From: Candidatus Eiseniibacteriota bacterium
GTDB taxonomy: Bacteria; Eisenbacteria; RBG-16-71-46; JABDJR01
Direction: 5' to 3'
Length of the DNA stretch: 64,000 nucleotides
Assembly: GCA_963783375.1 (NCBI GenBank)
Contig: CAWANH010000028.1
Location: forward strand, 384,001-448,000
The notes beneath the pieces are model-generated. The model searched no databases, was not told where the DNA came from, and saw only the letters and a program-made list of their open reading frames with translations. Positions 26,638 through 35,513 of this stretch are shown piece after piece (position 1 is the first letter of the stretch; each line of letters starts with the position of its first letter). Made by a program: the position numbers and the translations under genes.

Positions 26638-27499
26638 TTCCGTTTTTCCTCGCGCCGAGCACCATCCGGCGAACCGCCCGTCCCAGGACGTGGAGGCGGT
26701 AGGCCGCGGTGGAACGTACGTCGTCGATGGGAACCACCTCGCCCATGGCCGCTCGCGCGGCGCCGTCGGCCAGGCTCTCGTCGGGCACCATGCCCTCGCA
26801 GATCCGCTCGACGGCGGTGAGGCGAACCGGGGTCGCGGCCACGCTCCCCGCCCCGAAGCGGACGAGAGAGAGCCGTCCCCCATGCTCCCGCGCGCTCATG
26901 GCCAGGACCACCTTGCTGATGGACTGGGCTTCGCGGGTCCCGATCTTCCAGAACTGCTGGATCGACCCCGCCGGCGGATCGGGGATCCAGATCCAGGCGA
27001 TCAACTCTCCGGCCCCGAGCGCGGTCTTCCGGTAGCCGGTGTGAAACTTGTCGTAGTGAACCTCCCGCTCCCCCTGGGGACCGGCCAGGGTCACCGAGGC
27101 GTCCAGCGCCAACAGCACCGGAAGCGAGTCCCCGGCGGGGCTCGCGTTGGCCATGTTCCCCCCCAGGGTGGCTCGATTCTGGATCTGCCACCCCCCCACC
27201 TGGGAGGCGGCTTCGGCCAGGATCGGAAGCGCGTTCCGAAGCCCCTCGTGCCGCTGGATCTCGGTGAAGGTGGTGGCGGCGCCGATCCGCCAACCCCCGT
27301 CGTGGCGGGTGATGCCGCGAAGCTCCGGGATGGACATGAGGTTCAGGATCGGTCCGTAGTTCGCGCGCTCCTCCAGGGTCCGCACCATGAGATCGGTGCA
27401 CCCGGCCACCGGTCGGAGACCGGGCTCCCGCCGGAGGGCGTCGATCGCTTCGGCCAAGGACCTGGGGGTGACGGCGGCCGGCGCCGCGGCCCGGGTCAC
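26630..27499 (-). CDS. Xanthine dehydrogenase family FAD-binding subunit
   Basis: VAGCTDL, QIQNRATLGGNMANASPAGD, PIDDVRSTAAYR; GTGA overlap. Confidence 0.9.
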
Positions 27500-27951
27500 T
27501 TCGCCGCCTCCCCTTCGAGGCCCCGGAGGATGGCCTCGTAGCCCGTGCACCGGCAGAGGTTCCCGGCCAGGGCGGTCCGGATCTCCTCGCGCTCCAGCCG
27601 GTCCTTCCCCTGGGCCAGCCGCCACGCGGTCACGATGATCCCGGGGGTGCAGGCGCCGCACTGGGTGCCGCCCTCCCGGATGAACCGGTCGAGGAACGCC
27701 CGCGCCTCGGGGATGGCCGCCACCCCCTCCACGCTCAGGATCTCCTTCCCCTCGCACTGCACCAGCGGCACCAGGCAGGAGAGCACCGGCTCCCCGTCCA
27801 TGAGCACGGTGCAGGCCCCGCATTCGCCCTCGCCGCAGCCTTCCTTGGTGCCGGTGAGACCGAGATCCTCCCGGAGCACGTCCAGGAGGCGGTCCATGGG
27901 AGCGCCGTCCACCGAGACCGGTTTGCCGTTCAGCCGGAACGCGACCTTCAT
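27496..27951 (-). CDS. Xanthine dehydrogenase family 2Fe-2S subunit
   Basis: GTKEGCGEGECGAC, QCGACTPG, GNLCRCTGY; ATGA overlap. Confidence 0.92.
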   Translation of the reverse strand: MKVAFRLNGKPVSVDGAPMDRLLDVLREDLGLTGTKEGCGEGECGACTVLMDGEPVLSCLVPLVQCEGKEILSVEGVAAIPEARAFLDRFIREGGTQCGACTPGIIVTAWRLAQGKDRLEREEIRTALAGNLCRCTGYEAILRGLEGEAAK

Positions 27952-30220
27952 CGCGTCGCCTCCTTCTCCGCCGCCTCCGCCGCGGTGAGCCCGGCCTCGC
28001 GCCAGGCGTGGAGCCGCTCCGGAGTGGCCGGGATGTCCGGGGCCACGATGCCGGTGGCGTTTTCCACCGCCTGGACGAAGGCGGGGGCGCCGCCGTCCAT
28101 GGGAAGCTCCCCCACCCCCTTGGCCCCCGAGGGGCCCCCTTCCCACGGCCGTTCCAGGAGCTCCACATCCATCCGCGGGGTGTCCTTGATGGTGGGGATG
28201 ATGTAGGTGGCGAGGCGGTCGTTCAGGTAGCGGCCGTTCTCGAGCTTCATCTCCTCGAGGTAGGCCCACCCGATGGCCTGGAGGGTGCCGCCCTCGATCT
28301 GCCCGCGGCAGAGCGCGGGATGCACCACCTTCCCCACCTCGGTCACCACCGTGGCGGTCACCGGTCTCACCTCCAGGGTGTCGGGATCCACCTCCACCTC
28401 GATCACGTCCGCCCCCCAGCCGTAGGTGGCGTAGGCCGTCCCCTGATAGGTCGTCTCGTCGAAGGTCTGCCAGGCCGGGGGCTCGTGGAGAATCGTGCGC
28501 TCCAGGTTCCCGTGGCCGGCGAACACGTCCTTGGCGCGGTCGCGAAAGCTCCCGAGGGCGCCGTCGCCCCCGATCACCCGGCCGCCCTCGATCCGCAGCC
28601 CCTCGCCGAGCTTGGCCAGCACGTCGTCCCGGAGCCCGGCCACCGCCCGGGCGATGGTTCCCCCCACCACCATGGTGGTCCGCGACGCCACCGTGGGCCC
28701 GGAGTCGGGCACCTTGCCGGTGTCGGCGTCGGGAAAGACCACGTCGTCGAGTTCGACCCCGGCGGCGTCGGCGGCGATCAGCGGGAGCACGGTCATCGCC
28801 CCCTGCCCCATGTCGGTCATGGCGGTCAGCACCTCGATCCGCCCGTCGGCGGTGAGCCGCACGGTGACCGGGGAGCGCATGCGGTGCTCCCCCTGGCCGG
28901 TGAACCCGGCCCCGTGGAAGTACAGGCTGAGGCCGATCCCGCGTAGCGGCTCGCCGTCGGTCCGGCGGGCCCGCGCCTCCTCCAGCTCCAGCCAGCGCCG
29001 TCGGAAGCCGGTCTTCGCTTCCACCCCCTCCAGGCACAACCGGCCCGAGGCGTCGTCCTTCAGCACCTGCCCGGTGGCCAGGCTGTCTCCGGGCCCGAGC
29101 ACGTTCCGCTCGCGGACGGTGTAGGGATCGATTCCCAGCGCGCGCCCGATCCGGTCCATGTGCCGCTCGGCGGCGAAGATCACCTGGGGGGCGCCGAAGC
29201 CCCGGAAGGCGGCGTTGGGGGCGGTGTTGGTGCGGAGCGCCCTCCCCCGGATACGAACGTGGGGACAGCGGTAGGCGCCGGTGGCGTGGAGCACCGCGCG
29301 CGACAGCACCACCGGCGACAGGGTCCGGTAGGCGCCCCCGTCCAGGTCCACCAGGACGTCCATGGCGTTCAGGCGGCCGTCCTTCATGACCCCGGTCTTG
29401 ATGCGAACCCGGCCGGGATGGCGCTTGGTGGTGGCCACGATGTCCTCGTGGCGATCGTAGACCAGCTTCACCGGGCGCCCGGCGGCCCGGGCCAGGAGCG
29501 CGGCGTGGATGGCGATGAGGCTCGGGTAGTCCTCTTTCCCTCCGAAGCCGCCGCCGATGGCCGCGGGGCGGACGTGGAGCTGGTTCTCGCCCAGATCGAA
29601 GACGTGCAGCAGCGCGTTGTGCACGTAGAACGGGCACTGCATCGATCCGATCATGATCCAGGGCGCCGTCCGGCTCGAACCAGGCCAGCATCCCCTGGGG
29701 CTCGATGTAGATGTGCTCCTGGTGGCCGGTCCGGTACTCCCCCTCCACGATCGCGTCGGACCCGGCCAGGCCGCGCTCCACGTCGCCGTGGTTCATGGCC
29801 GAGCTCGTTCAGGGGCTCGACCGCTTCGGCCTCCTCCCAGGTGAGGACCGGGGGGAGCGGCTCGTACTCGACTTCGATGGCCTGAAGCGCGAGGCGGGCG
29901 TCCAGGCGGGTGGGCGCGGCGACCAGGGCCACCGCCTCGCCCACGTGGCGGACGACATCCGAGGCCAGGACCGGCCAGGTGTCGTCGAGGAGCTGGACGC
30001 CGTTCGCCCCGGGAAGGTCGCGGGCGGTCACGCAGACCGAGCCTTCCGGCGCCCGGTCGGGGCGCCACTTCAGGCTCTTGATCCGTGCGTGCGGATGGGG
30101 GGAGCGCAGGGTCGCTCCAAAGACCATGCCGGGGACGGTGAGGTCGTCGGTGTACCGGGCGCCGCCGGTGACCTTGGCCAGGCCGTCCGGCCTTGGGGGG
30201 CTTTCGCCGATCTTGATCAT
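27948..30220 (-). CDS. Xanthine dehydrogenase family molybdopterin-binding subunit, interrupted by two +1 frameshifts (~29800, ~29659) that are probably sequencing errors
   Basis: KVTGGARYTDD in one frame, QEHIYIEP in a second, GGGFGGK/AFRGFG/DMGQG/GAKGVGE in a third. Confidence 0.85.
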
Positions 30221-30570
30221 TCAGGCACTCCAACCCGCCCATTTCGGTACGGGGGATAAGAATACGGAATCGAGGGGCCGGGACGCCACTCCCAATGCCG
30301 GTGCGCCCCTCCGGAGCCGGAACGGCTCTGACGACGGCGCGGAGGCCGTTTCGAGGTCGCGATGCGCCGCCCGGCCCGCTCCGGGCTACCGTGGGAAGTC
30401 GATCGACAACCGTACCACTTCATCCGCGCCGGTTCAGGAAAATGGGGATATCCACGGGCGCGCAAGACGGGGGCGGGGAGGACCACCGCCTCGATCGCTG
30501 CCGGATCGGCGGTGCGACGGGGCCGCCCGGGTCCGGAGGTAATCCGGAGCCGAAAAAGCCATCGGGAGGG

Positions 30571-30607
30571 TTGACTCGGCCTGGTTATGGGCATATGCTT
30601 ATAACCA
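30571..30607 (+). promoter_or_regulatory. Sigma70 promoter overlapped by a 26-bp palindromic operator
   Basis: TTGACT(30571)-17 bp-TATGCT(30594); palindrome TGGTTATGGGCAT/ATGCTTATAACCA at 30582-30607. Confidence 0.7.
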
Positions 30608-30621
30608 CGAAAGGAGAGGCG

Positions 30622-31206
30622 ATGCCCCGACCCCACAAGTGCCGGTTCGTCGGCCTCGATCCCACGGTCACCGTGTTCAAACCGCGCGGCGTGCCCTCGG
30701 GCGAGCTGACCGCGGTGGAACTCCCCCGGGACGAGCTGGAGGCGATTCGCCTCGCCGATCTCGAGGGCCTCTACCAGGATGAGGCGGCGGAGCGGATGGG
30801 CGTCTCCCGGGCCACCCTCGGCCGGCTGGTCCGTTCGGGCCGGGCCAAGGTGGCCGATGCCCTCGTGAACGGAAAGATGATCAGTTTCAAAGGTGGAGTG
30901 ATTGCCATGACGACAGAAAGACGTTTCGAATGCGAAGTCTGCGGGGAGGCCTTCGAGGTCCCCCAGGGAACGGGAAGGCCGGCGGCCTGCCCCGCCTGCG
31001 GATCCGGCCGCTTTCACCGAACCGACGACGCCCCCGGGCGGGGTGCGCGCGGCCCCGGTCGAGGCGGCATGGGAGCCTCCGGGGGGGAGGAGGAGGAGGG
31101 CGGCGGATCCAGGCCCGCCGCCGGCGTCGCGACGGCACCGGCCGAAAGACCCGGGTCGCCGCCGTGGAAAAGGAGAAACCGTGAGAATTGCCGTGGCCTC
31201 GGATGA
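30622..31206 (+). CDS. DUF134 HTH protein with Zn-ribbon and Gly/Arg-rich tail
   Basis: MPRPHKCR, ELEAIRLADLEGLYQDEAAERMGVSRATL, CxxC...CPAC. One extra G in the run at 31081-31087 would end it at 31184, overlapping the next start. Confidence 0.85.
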   Translation: MPRPHKCRFVGLDPTVTVFKPRGVPSGELTAVELPRDELEAIRLADLEGLYQDEAAERMGVSRATLGRLVRSGRAKVADALVNGKMISFKGGVIAMTTERRFECEVCGEAFEVPQGTGRPAACPACGSGRFHRTDDAPGRGARGPGRGGMGASGGEEEEGGGSRPAAGVATAPAERPGSPPWKRRNRENCRGLG

Positions 31207-31570
31207 CGAACGCGGAGTGGCCGGGCATCCCGGACGGGTGAGGGGATTCGTGATCCTGGCCCGCGAAGAAGGAGTCTTCCGCCGGGTCGAGTACCGGCTG
31301 AACCCCATGGCCCACCATCACGCGGAGCGGATGGCGGGGGGCGGGGACGATCACCACGGCCACCACGACCATGGGAGCCTGATCGGCGCCCTCGGCGACT
31401 GCGAGGCGCTGATCGTGGGGGGGATCGGCCCGCGGCTGGTCGACGACCTGAACGCCCACCGGATCGGGGTCTACGTGAGCGACGCGCTCACCGTCGAGGA
31501 GGCGGCGGGCCGGCTGGCCGCCGGGCGGATCCAGCCCTTGCGTTCAGGCGGTGCCTGCCACGAACATTGA
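31181..31570 (+). CDS. NifB/NifX-family (dinitrogenase Fe-Mo cofactor domain) metal-cluster-binding protein
   Basis: RIAVASDD...GHPGR, His-rich loop, DCEALIVGGIG; GTG after AGGAG. Confidence 0.85.
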   Translation: MRIAVASDDERGVAGHPGRVRGFVILAREEGVFRRVEYRLNPMAHHHAERMAGGGDDHHGHHDHGSLIGALGDCEALIVGGIGPRLVDDLNAHRIGVYVSDALTVEEAAGRLAAGRIQPLRSGGACHEH

Positions 31571-31573
31571 ACC

Positions 31574-32062
31574 ATGACGCGGGACGTGGCCCCGAACACT
31601 TCGGGATTGTCCGACAGCGACGCCGAGGAACACCTCGCGGGGGAGACGATCGACTTTGCCCGGTCGTGTCACCCCGCCTGCTTCGCGTGCCGTGAGCCGG
31701 GCCGCGGGGGGCTGGGGCTCCGGTTCCGGACCCGGGCCGACGGCTCGGTGACCGCGCGGTTCCCGGACCCGTCGGGTTACCAGGGGTACCCGGAGCGCAT
31801 GCACGGCGGCATCGTGGCCATGCTGGTCGATGCCGCCATGACCCATTGCCTGTTCGCCCGCCGCGTCCAGGCGGTGACTGCCCGCCTGGACATCCGCTAC
31901 CGCCGCCCGGTGAGTACCGAGTGCCCCATCCGGGTGACCGCGCGGTTGCTTCGCCGGCGGAAGCGTCTCTACGTCCTCGTCGCGGAGATCATCCAGGAAG
32001 GCGTGGTGCGCGCGAGCGCCGAGGGCCGGTTCCTGGAGCCGCCCGGGGAGAGCCCGGCCTGA
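31574..32062 (+). CDS. PaaI-family thioesterase
   Basis: CFAC, QGYPERMHGGIVAMLVDAAM, TARLDIRYRRPV. Confidence 0.85.
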   Translation: MTRDVAPNTSGLSDSDAEEHLAGETIDFARSCHPACFACREPGRGGLGLRFRTRADGSVTARFPDPSGYQGYPERMHGGIVAMLVDAAMTHCLFARRVQAVTARLDIRYRRPVSTECPIRVTARLLRRRKRLYVLVAEIIQEGVVRASAEGRFLEPPGESPA

Positions 32063-32141
32063 CCCGTCGCGCCGCGGACGCGCCCCGGATCCGGCCTGCC
32101 CGTGGGTCGGACGCGACCGGATTCGGGGTCCGCCCGAACCT

Positions 32142-33080
32142 CTACCGGTTGAGCAGCACCTTCCGGGTGGTGCGGACATCGCCGGCCCGGAGCTCCACGA
32201 AGTAGATCCCCGAAGGCGCGGCACCTCCTCCCGTGTCCCGCCCGTCCCAGCTCAGGGCGTGGGTCCCGGCGGAGAACTCCCGGTCGGCCAAGACGGCCAC
32301 CCGGCGCCCGTCGATCCCGTACACCGTCACCGCGGCCGGACCGTCCGCGGCCAGGAAGAACTGGACCGAGGTGGCGCCGGCGAAGGGGTTCGGTTCGGGG
32401 TTCATGAGGAAGGCGGGAACGTTCGCGGCGATCTGGGGATCTCCGACCCCGGTCTGTCCGCAGTCGGTCCTCCGGTAGATCACGTAGAAGATCCAGTCCC
32501 CGCCCAGGCCCTGGGAGCAGATGTCCTGCCAGCCGCCGGGGATGGCCTTGATCACGTTCTTTCCGCCCCCGGTGCAGCCGTTTCCGTCGTGGACCACGCT
32601 CCCCGCGTTCAGATCGTTGGCGTTGTCCGAGGCGAATTCCAGGGTCACGGTGAAGGGCCCCGAGTTCAGGATCACGTTTCCGACCTGGGATTCCAGGTTG
32701 AACTCGTTGATGGCCCCGTCGGTGAGGACCGGGCCGAGGAGGTCGTAGAGCCTCGCTCCGGGATTGGGGAGCCCGGCGCCGTAGACGTTGATGGCCTGTT
32801 CCAGGGTCTGGCCGGAGACGCCGAAATAGGATGCCCAGCCTACCCCGACCTTCAGGATCTCGATCGGATAGTCGCCGGCGGGGGCGTCCAGCACCACCCC
32901 GGCCTCCTCCCCGGCCACGAAGCAGGGGCAGACGACCTGGCCCCCACCCGAGTACCACTGAAGCGGCGCTTCGGGGGGGCAGGTCTGGGCCGAAGCGCCG
33001 GAAGCGGCGCCCAGGAAACCCAGGAGGCAGGGAAGAAGGAGGGCGGACGAGAGCCGGAGACCCGAGCGCAAGGAAGTCAT
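32142..33080 (-). CDS. Secreted Cys-containing protein with C-terminal FlgD-Ig/T9SS-like domain
   Basis: Signal peptide; PNPF...YGIDGRRV...WDGRD...SGIYFVEL. Confidence 0.75.
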   Translation of the reverse strand: MTSLRSGLRLSSALLLPCLLGFLGAASGASAQTCPPEAPLQWYSGGGQVVCPCFVAGEEAGVVLDAPAGDYPIEILKVGVGWASYFGVSGQTLEQAINVYGAGLPNPGARLYDLLGPVLTDGAINEFNLESQVGNVILNSGPFTVTLEFASDNANDLNAGSVVHDGNGCTGGGKNVIKAIPGGWQDICSQGLGGDWIFYVIYRRTDCGQTGVGDPQIAANVPAFLMNPEPNPFAGATSVQFFLAADGPAAVTVYGIDGRRVAVLADREFSAGTHALSWDGRDTGGGAAPSGIYFVELRAGDVRTTRKVLLNR

Positions 33081-33282
33081 GGGGGGACCTCGCTTTCGGG
33101 ACGGGTTGGGTTGTCGATGGTCGCGACGAGGTTTGATTGTAGCGATTTCAGGACCCTCGAACAAGAATCCCGTGTCCAATTCCATCCCCGCGGGCCAAAT
33201 GCCCCATTCCGTCGACCCTGGCGCGCCGGGAAGCGGCCTCGTACACTGGAGGCGGTCCCCGAACCACAAGGAGCGGCCCGTC

Positions 33283-34422
33283 ATGACCCCATCCGTTCCC
33301 CCCTCCGAGCCGGATCCCGGCGTCCGGCCCGAAAACGGCGCCGGCGCCCAGGACGCGATGAGCCTCCTGGACGCGGCCTCGTCCCAGACCCCGATCATCG
33401 ACCCCCGACTCGACGCCCAGCGCCGGACCGCCGCCGATCCGAGCCTCCCCCTGGAGGACCGCCTGGAGGCCTACGAGGACATCATGGAGTCCGAGGTCGG
33501 GGACACCGTGCTCACCCGGGCCCGGAACATCGAGCGTGAGGTGGGCCTCCGCCAGATCTTCCTCAAGTTCGAGGGAGGAAACCCCACCGGGAGCCAGAAG
33601 GACCGCATCGCCTTCGCCCAGGTCCTCGACGCGATGCGCCGGGGCTTCGACGCCATCACCGTGGCCACCTGCGGAAACTTCGGCGCCGCGATGGCGGTGG
33701 CCGCCGCCTTCGCCAACCTGCGCTGCATCATCCACATTCCGGTGAGCTACCACTCCCGGCGGGTGAAGGAGATCACCGACCAGGGAGCGGAAATCGTGCG
33801 GGTGGAGGGCGACTACGAGGCGGCGGTGCAGAAATCCCAGCGCGAGGCCGAGGAACACGATTACTACGACGCCAACCCCGGCGGGCCGAACACGCCGCTC
33901 CAGCTTCGCGGCTACGGCGAGATCGCCTACGAGATCTACGACGACCTCCGCGACGCCCCCGCCGCGGTGGCCGTCCCGGTGTCCAACGGCACCACCCTGG
34001 CCGGAATCTACCGGGGCTTCGTGAGCCTCCATCGCCGCGGGAAGACCTCGCGCATTCCGCGCATGATCGCCGGGTCCTCCTACAACAAGAACCCCATCAT
34101 CCAGGCCTGGCTGAAGAACCTCCCCGCCTGTGAGGACCTGAAGCCGGAATCGGTGAAGGAAACCCCGGTGAACGAACCCCTCATCAACTGGCACTCCATC
34201 GACGGGGACTACGCCCTGGAAGCGGTGCGGGGGACCGGGGGGTGGGCATCCTACGGGAGCGACAAGGCCATGCTCGCCGAGGCCCGCCGGATCCGGGACA
34301 GCGAGGGGCTGAACGTGCTCCCCGCCTCCACCGCCGGGCTCCTGGGCCTCCTCGACCGTCACGCCCGCGAACCCCTGGCCCCCGACCGTTACGTGGTCGT
34401 CCTCACCGGGAGAAAACAATGA
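33283..34422 (+). CDS. Threonine-synthase-like PLP-dependent enzyme
   Basis: LKFEGGNPTGSQKDR, ATCGNFG, VPVSNGTT, PASTAG. Confidence 0.85.
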   Translation: MTPSVPPSEPDPGVRPENGAGAQDAMSLLDAASSQTPIIDPRLDAQRRTAADPSLPLEDRLEAYEDIMESEVGDTVLTRARNIEREVGLRQIFLKFEGGNPTGSQKDRIAFAQVLDAMRRGFDAITVATCGNFGAAMAVAAAFANLRCIIHIPVSYHSRRVKEITDQGAEIVRVEGDYEAAVQKSQREAEEHDYYDANPGGPNTPLQLRGYGEIAYEIYDDLRDAPAAVAVPVSNGTTLAGIYRGFVSLHRRGKTSRIPRMIAGSSYNKNPIIQAWLKNLPACEDLKPESVKETPVNEPLINWHSIDGDYALEAVRGTGGWASYGSDKAMLAEARRIRDSEGLNVLPASTAGLLGLLDRHAREPLAPDRYVVVLTGRKQ

Positions 34423-35513
34423 GCGGCTTCCCCGAGGGAAACGCGATCGTCTATTGCGAGGGGTCCTTCGGGACCCCCAACGGCAAGACCGCCCACGGGC
34501 TGGTCCGCCGCACCCGCCGCTACCGGGTGCTGTCGGTGGTGGACTCGGGGAACGCGGGGCGGGACGCCGGGGAGATCCTCGACGGTCGCCCGAACCGCGT
34601 CCCGGTCCTCGCATCGATCCCCGAGGCCGTCGCGCGCGCGGCGGAGGCCGGCCGGCCGGCCACCCACCTCGTGGTGGGCCTCGCTCCCGACGGGGGGCGC
34701 CTGAGCCCGGCCGCCCGGCGCGATGTCCTGGCCGCGCTGGAGCGGGGACTCCATGTGGACTGCGGCCTCCACGACTTCCTGTCCGAGGACCCCGAAGTCG
34801 AGTCGACGGCCATCGCGCACAACGCGCGGATCCGCGACGTCCGAAAGCCTCCGCCCCGGGACGAGCTCCACTTCTTCAGCGGCAGGATCGAGGAGGTGAC
34901 CGCGTTCAAGATCGCGGTCCTCGGCACGGATTCCGCGGTGGGGAAACGCACCACCGCCTGGATCCTGGCCGACGCCTTTCGCGAAGCCGGCCGCTCGGTG
35001 GAGATGGTGGGGACCGGCCAGACCGCCTGGATGCAGGGGGTCGGCTACGGCATCATCCTCGACTCCCTGGTGAACGATTTCGTGGCCGGAGAGATCGAGC
35101 ACGCGGTGTGGTCGGCGTGGAAGGAAACCGGGGCCGACGTGATCCTGATCGAGGGCCAGGGGAGCCTCATGAACCCGGCCTACCCCGGCGGGTACGAGAT
35201 CCTGGCCGCCGGACGCCCCGACGCGGTGGTCCTCCAGCACGCCCCCGCACGTAAGGAATACGACGGGTTCCCGGGGTACCCGCTCCACCCGGTGGACACC
35301 CAGATCCAGGCCATCGAGCTCATCTCCGGAAGGCCGGTGGCCGCGGTGACCGTGAACCACGAGGGGCTGGCCGGCGACGCGATCCCCGCCGCCTGCGCCG
35401 AGATCACCCGGATCACCCACCTCCCCGCGGTGGACGTCCTCATGGACGGGGCCGGCGCGGTGGCGGGGGCCATCATGAACCGGTTCCCGGTTCCTGGAAA
35501 GGAACGTCGATGA
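34419..35513 (+). CDS. DUF1611 family protein (DgcN-like)
   Basis: NGKTAHGLVR, GLHDFLS, GTDSAVGKRTT, GTGQT, IEGQGSL. Confidence 0.9.
   Translation: MSGFPEGNAIVYCEGSFGTPNGKTAHGLVRRTRRYRVLSVVDSGNAGRDAGEILDGRPNRVPVLASIPEAVARAAEAGRPATHLVVGLAPDGGRLSPAARRDVLAALERGLHVDCGLHDFLSEDPEVESTAIAHNARIRDVRKPPPRDELHFFSGRIEEVTAFKIAVLGTDSAVGKRTTAWILADAFREAGRSVEMVGTGQTAWMQGVGYGIILDSLVNDFVAGEIEHAVWSAWKETGADVILIEGQGSLMNPAYPGGYEILAAGRPDAVVLQHAPARKEYDGFPGYPLHPVDTQIQAIELISGRPVAAVTVNHEGLAGDAIPAACAEITRITHLPAVDVLMDGAGAVAGAIMNRFPVPGKERR

Noticed and set aside
29640-29810. Programmed frameshifting or a real split of the Mo subunit
   Set aside because: No slippery heptamer or stimulatory structure; similar indels occur throughout the window
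31043-31570. DUF134-NifX fusion or extended NifX N-terminus
   Set aside because: A good RBS and GTG at 31181 fit a separate NifX-like gene; the extension is low-complexity
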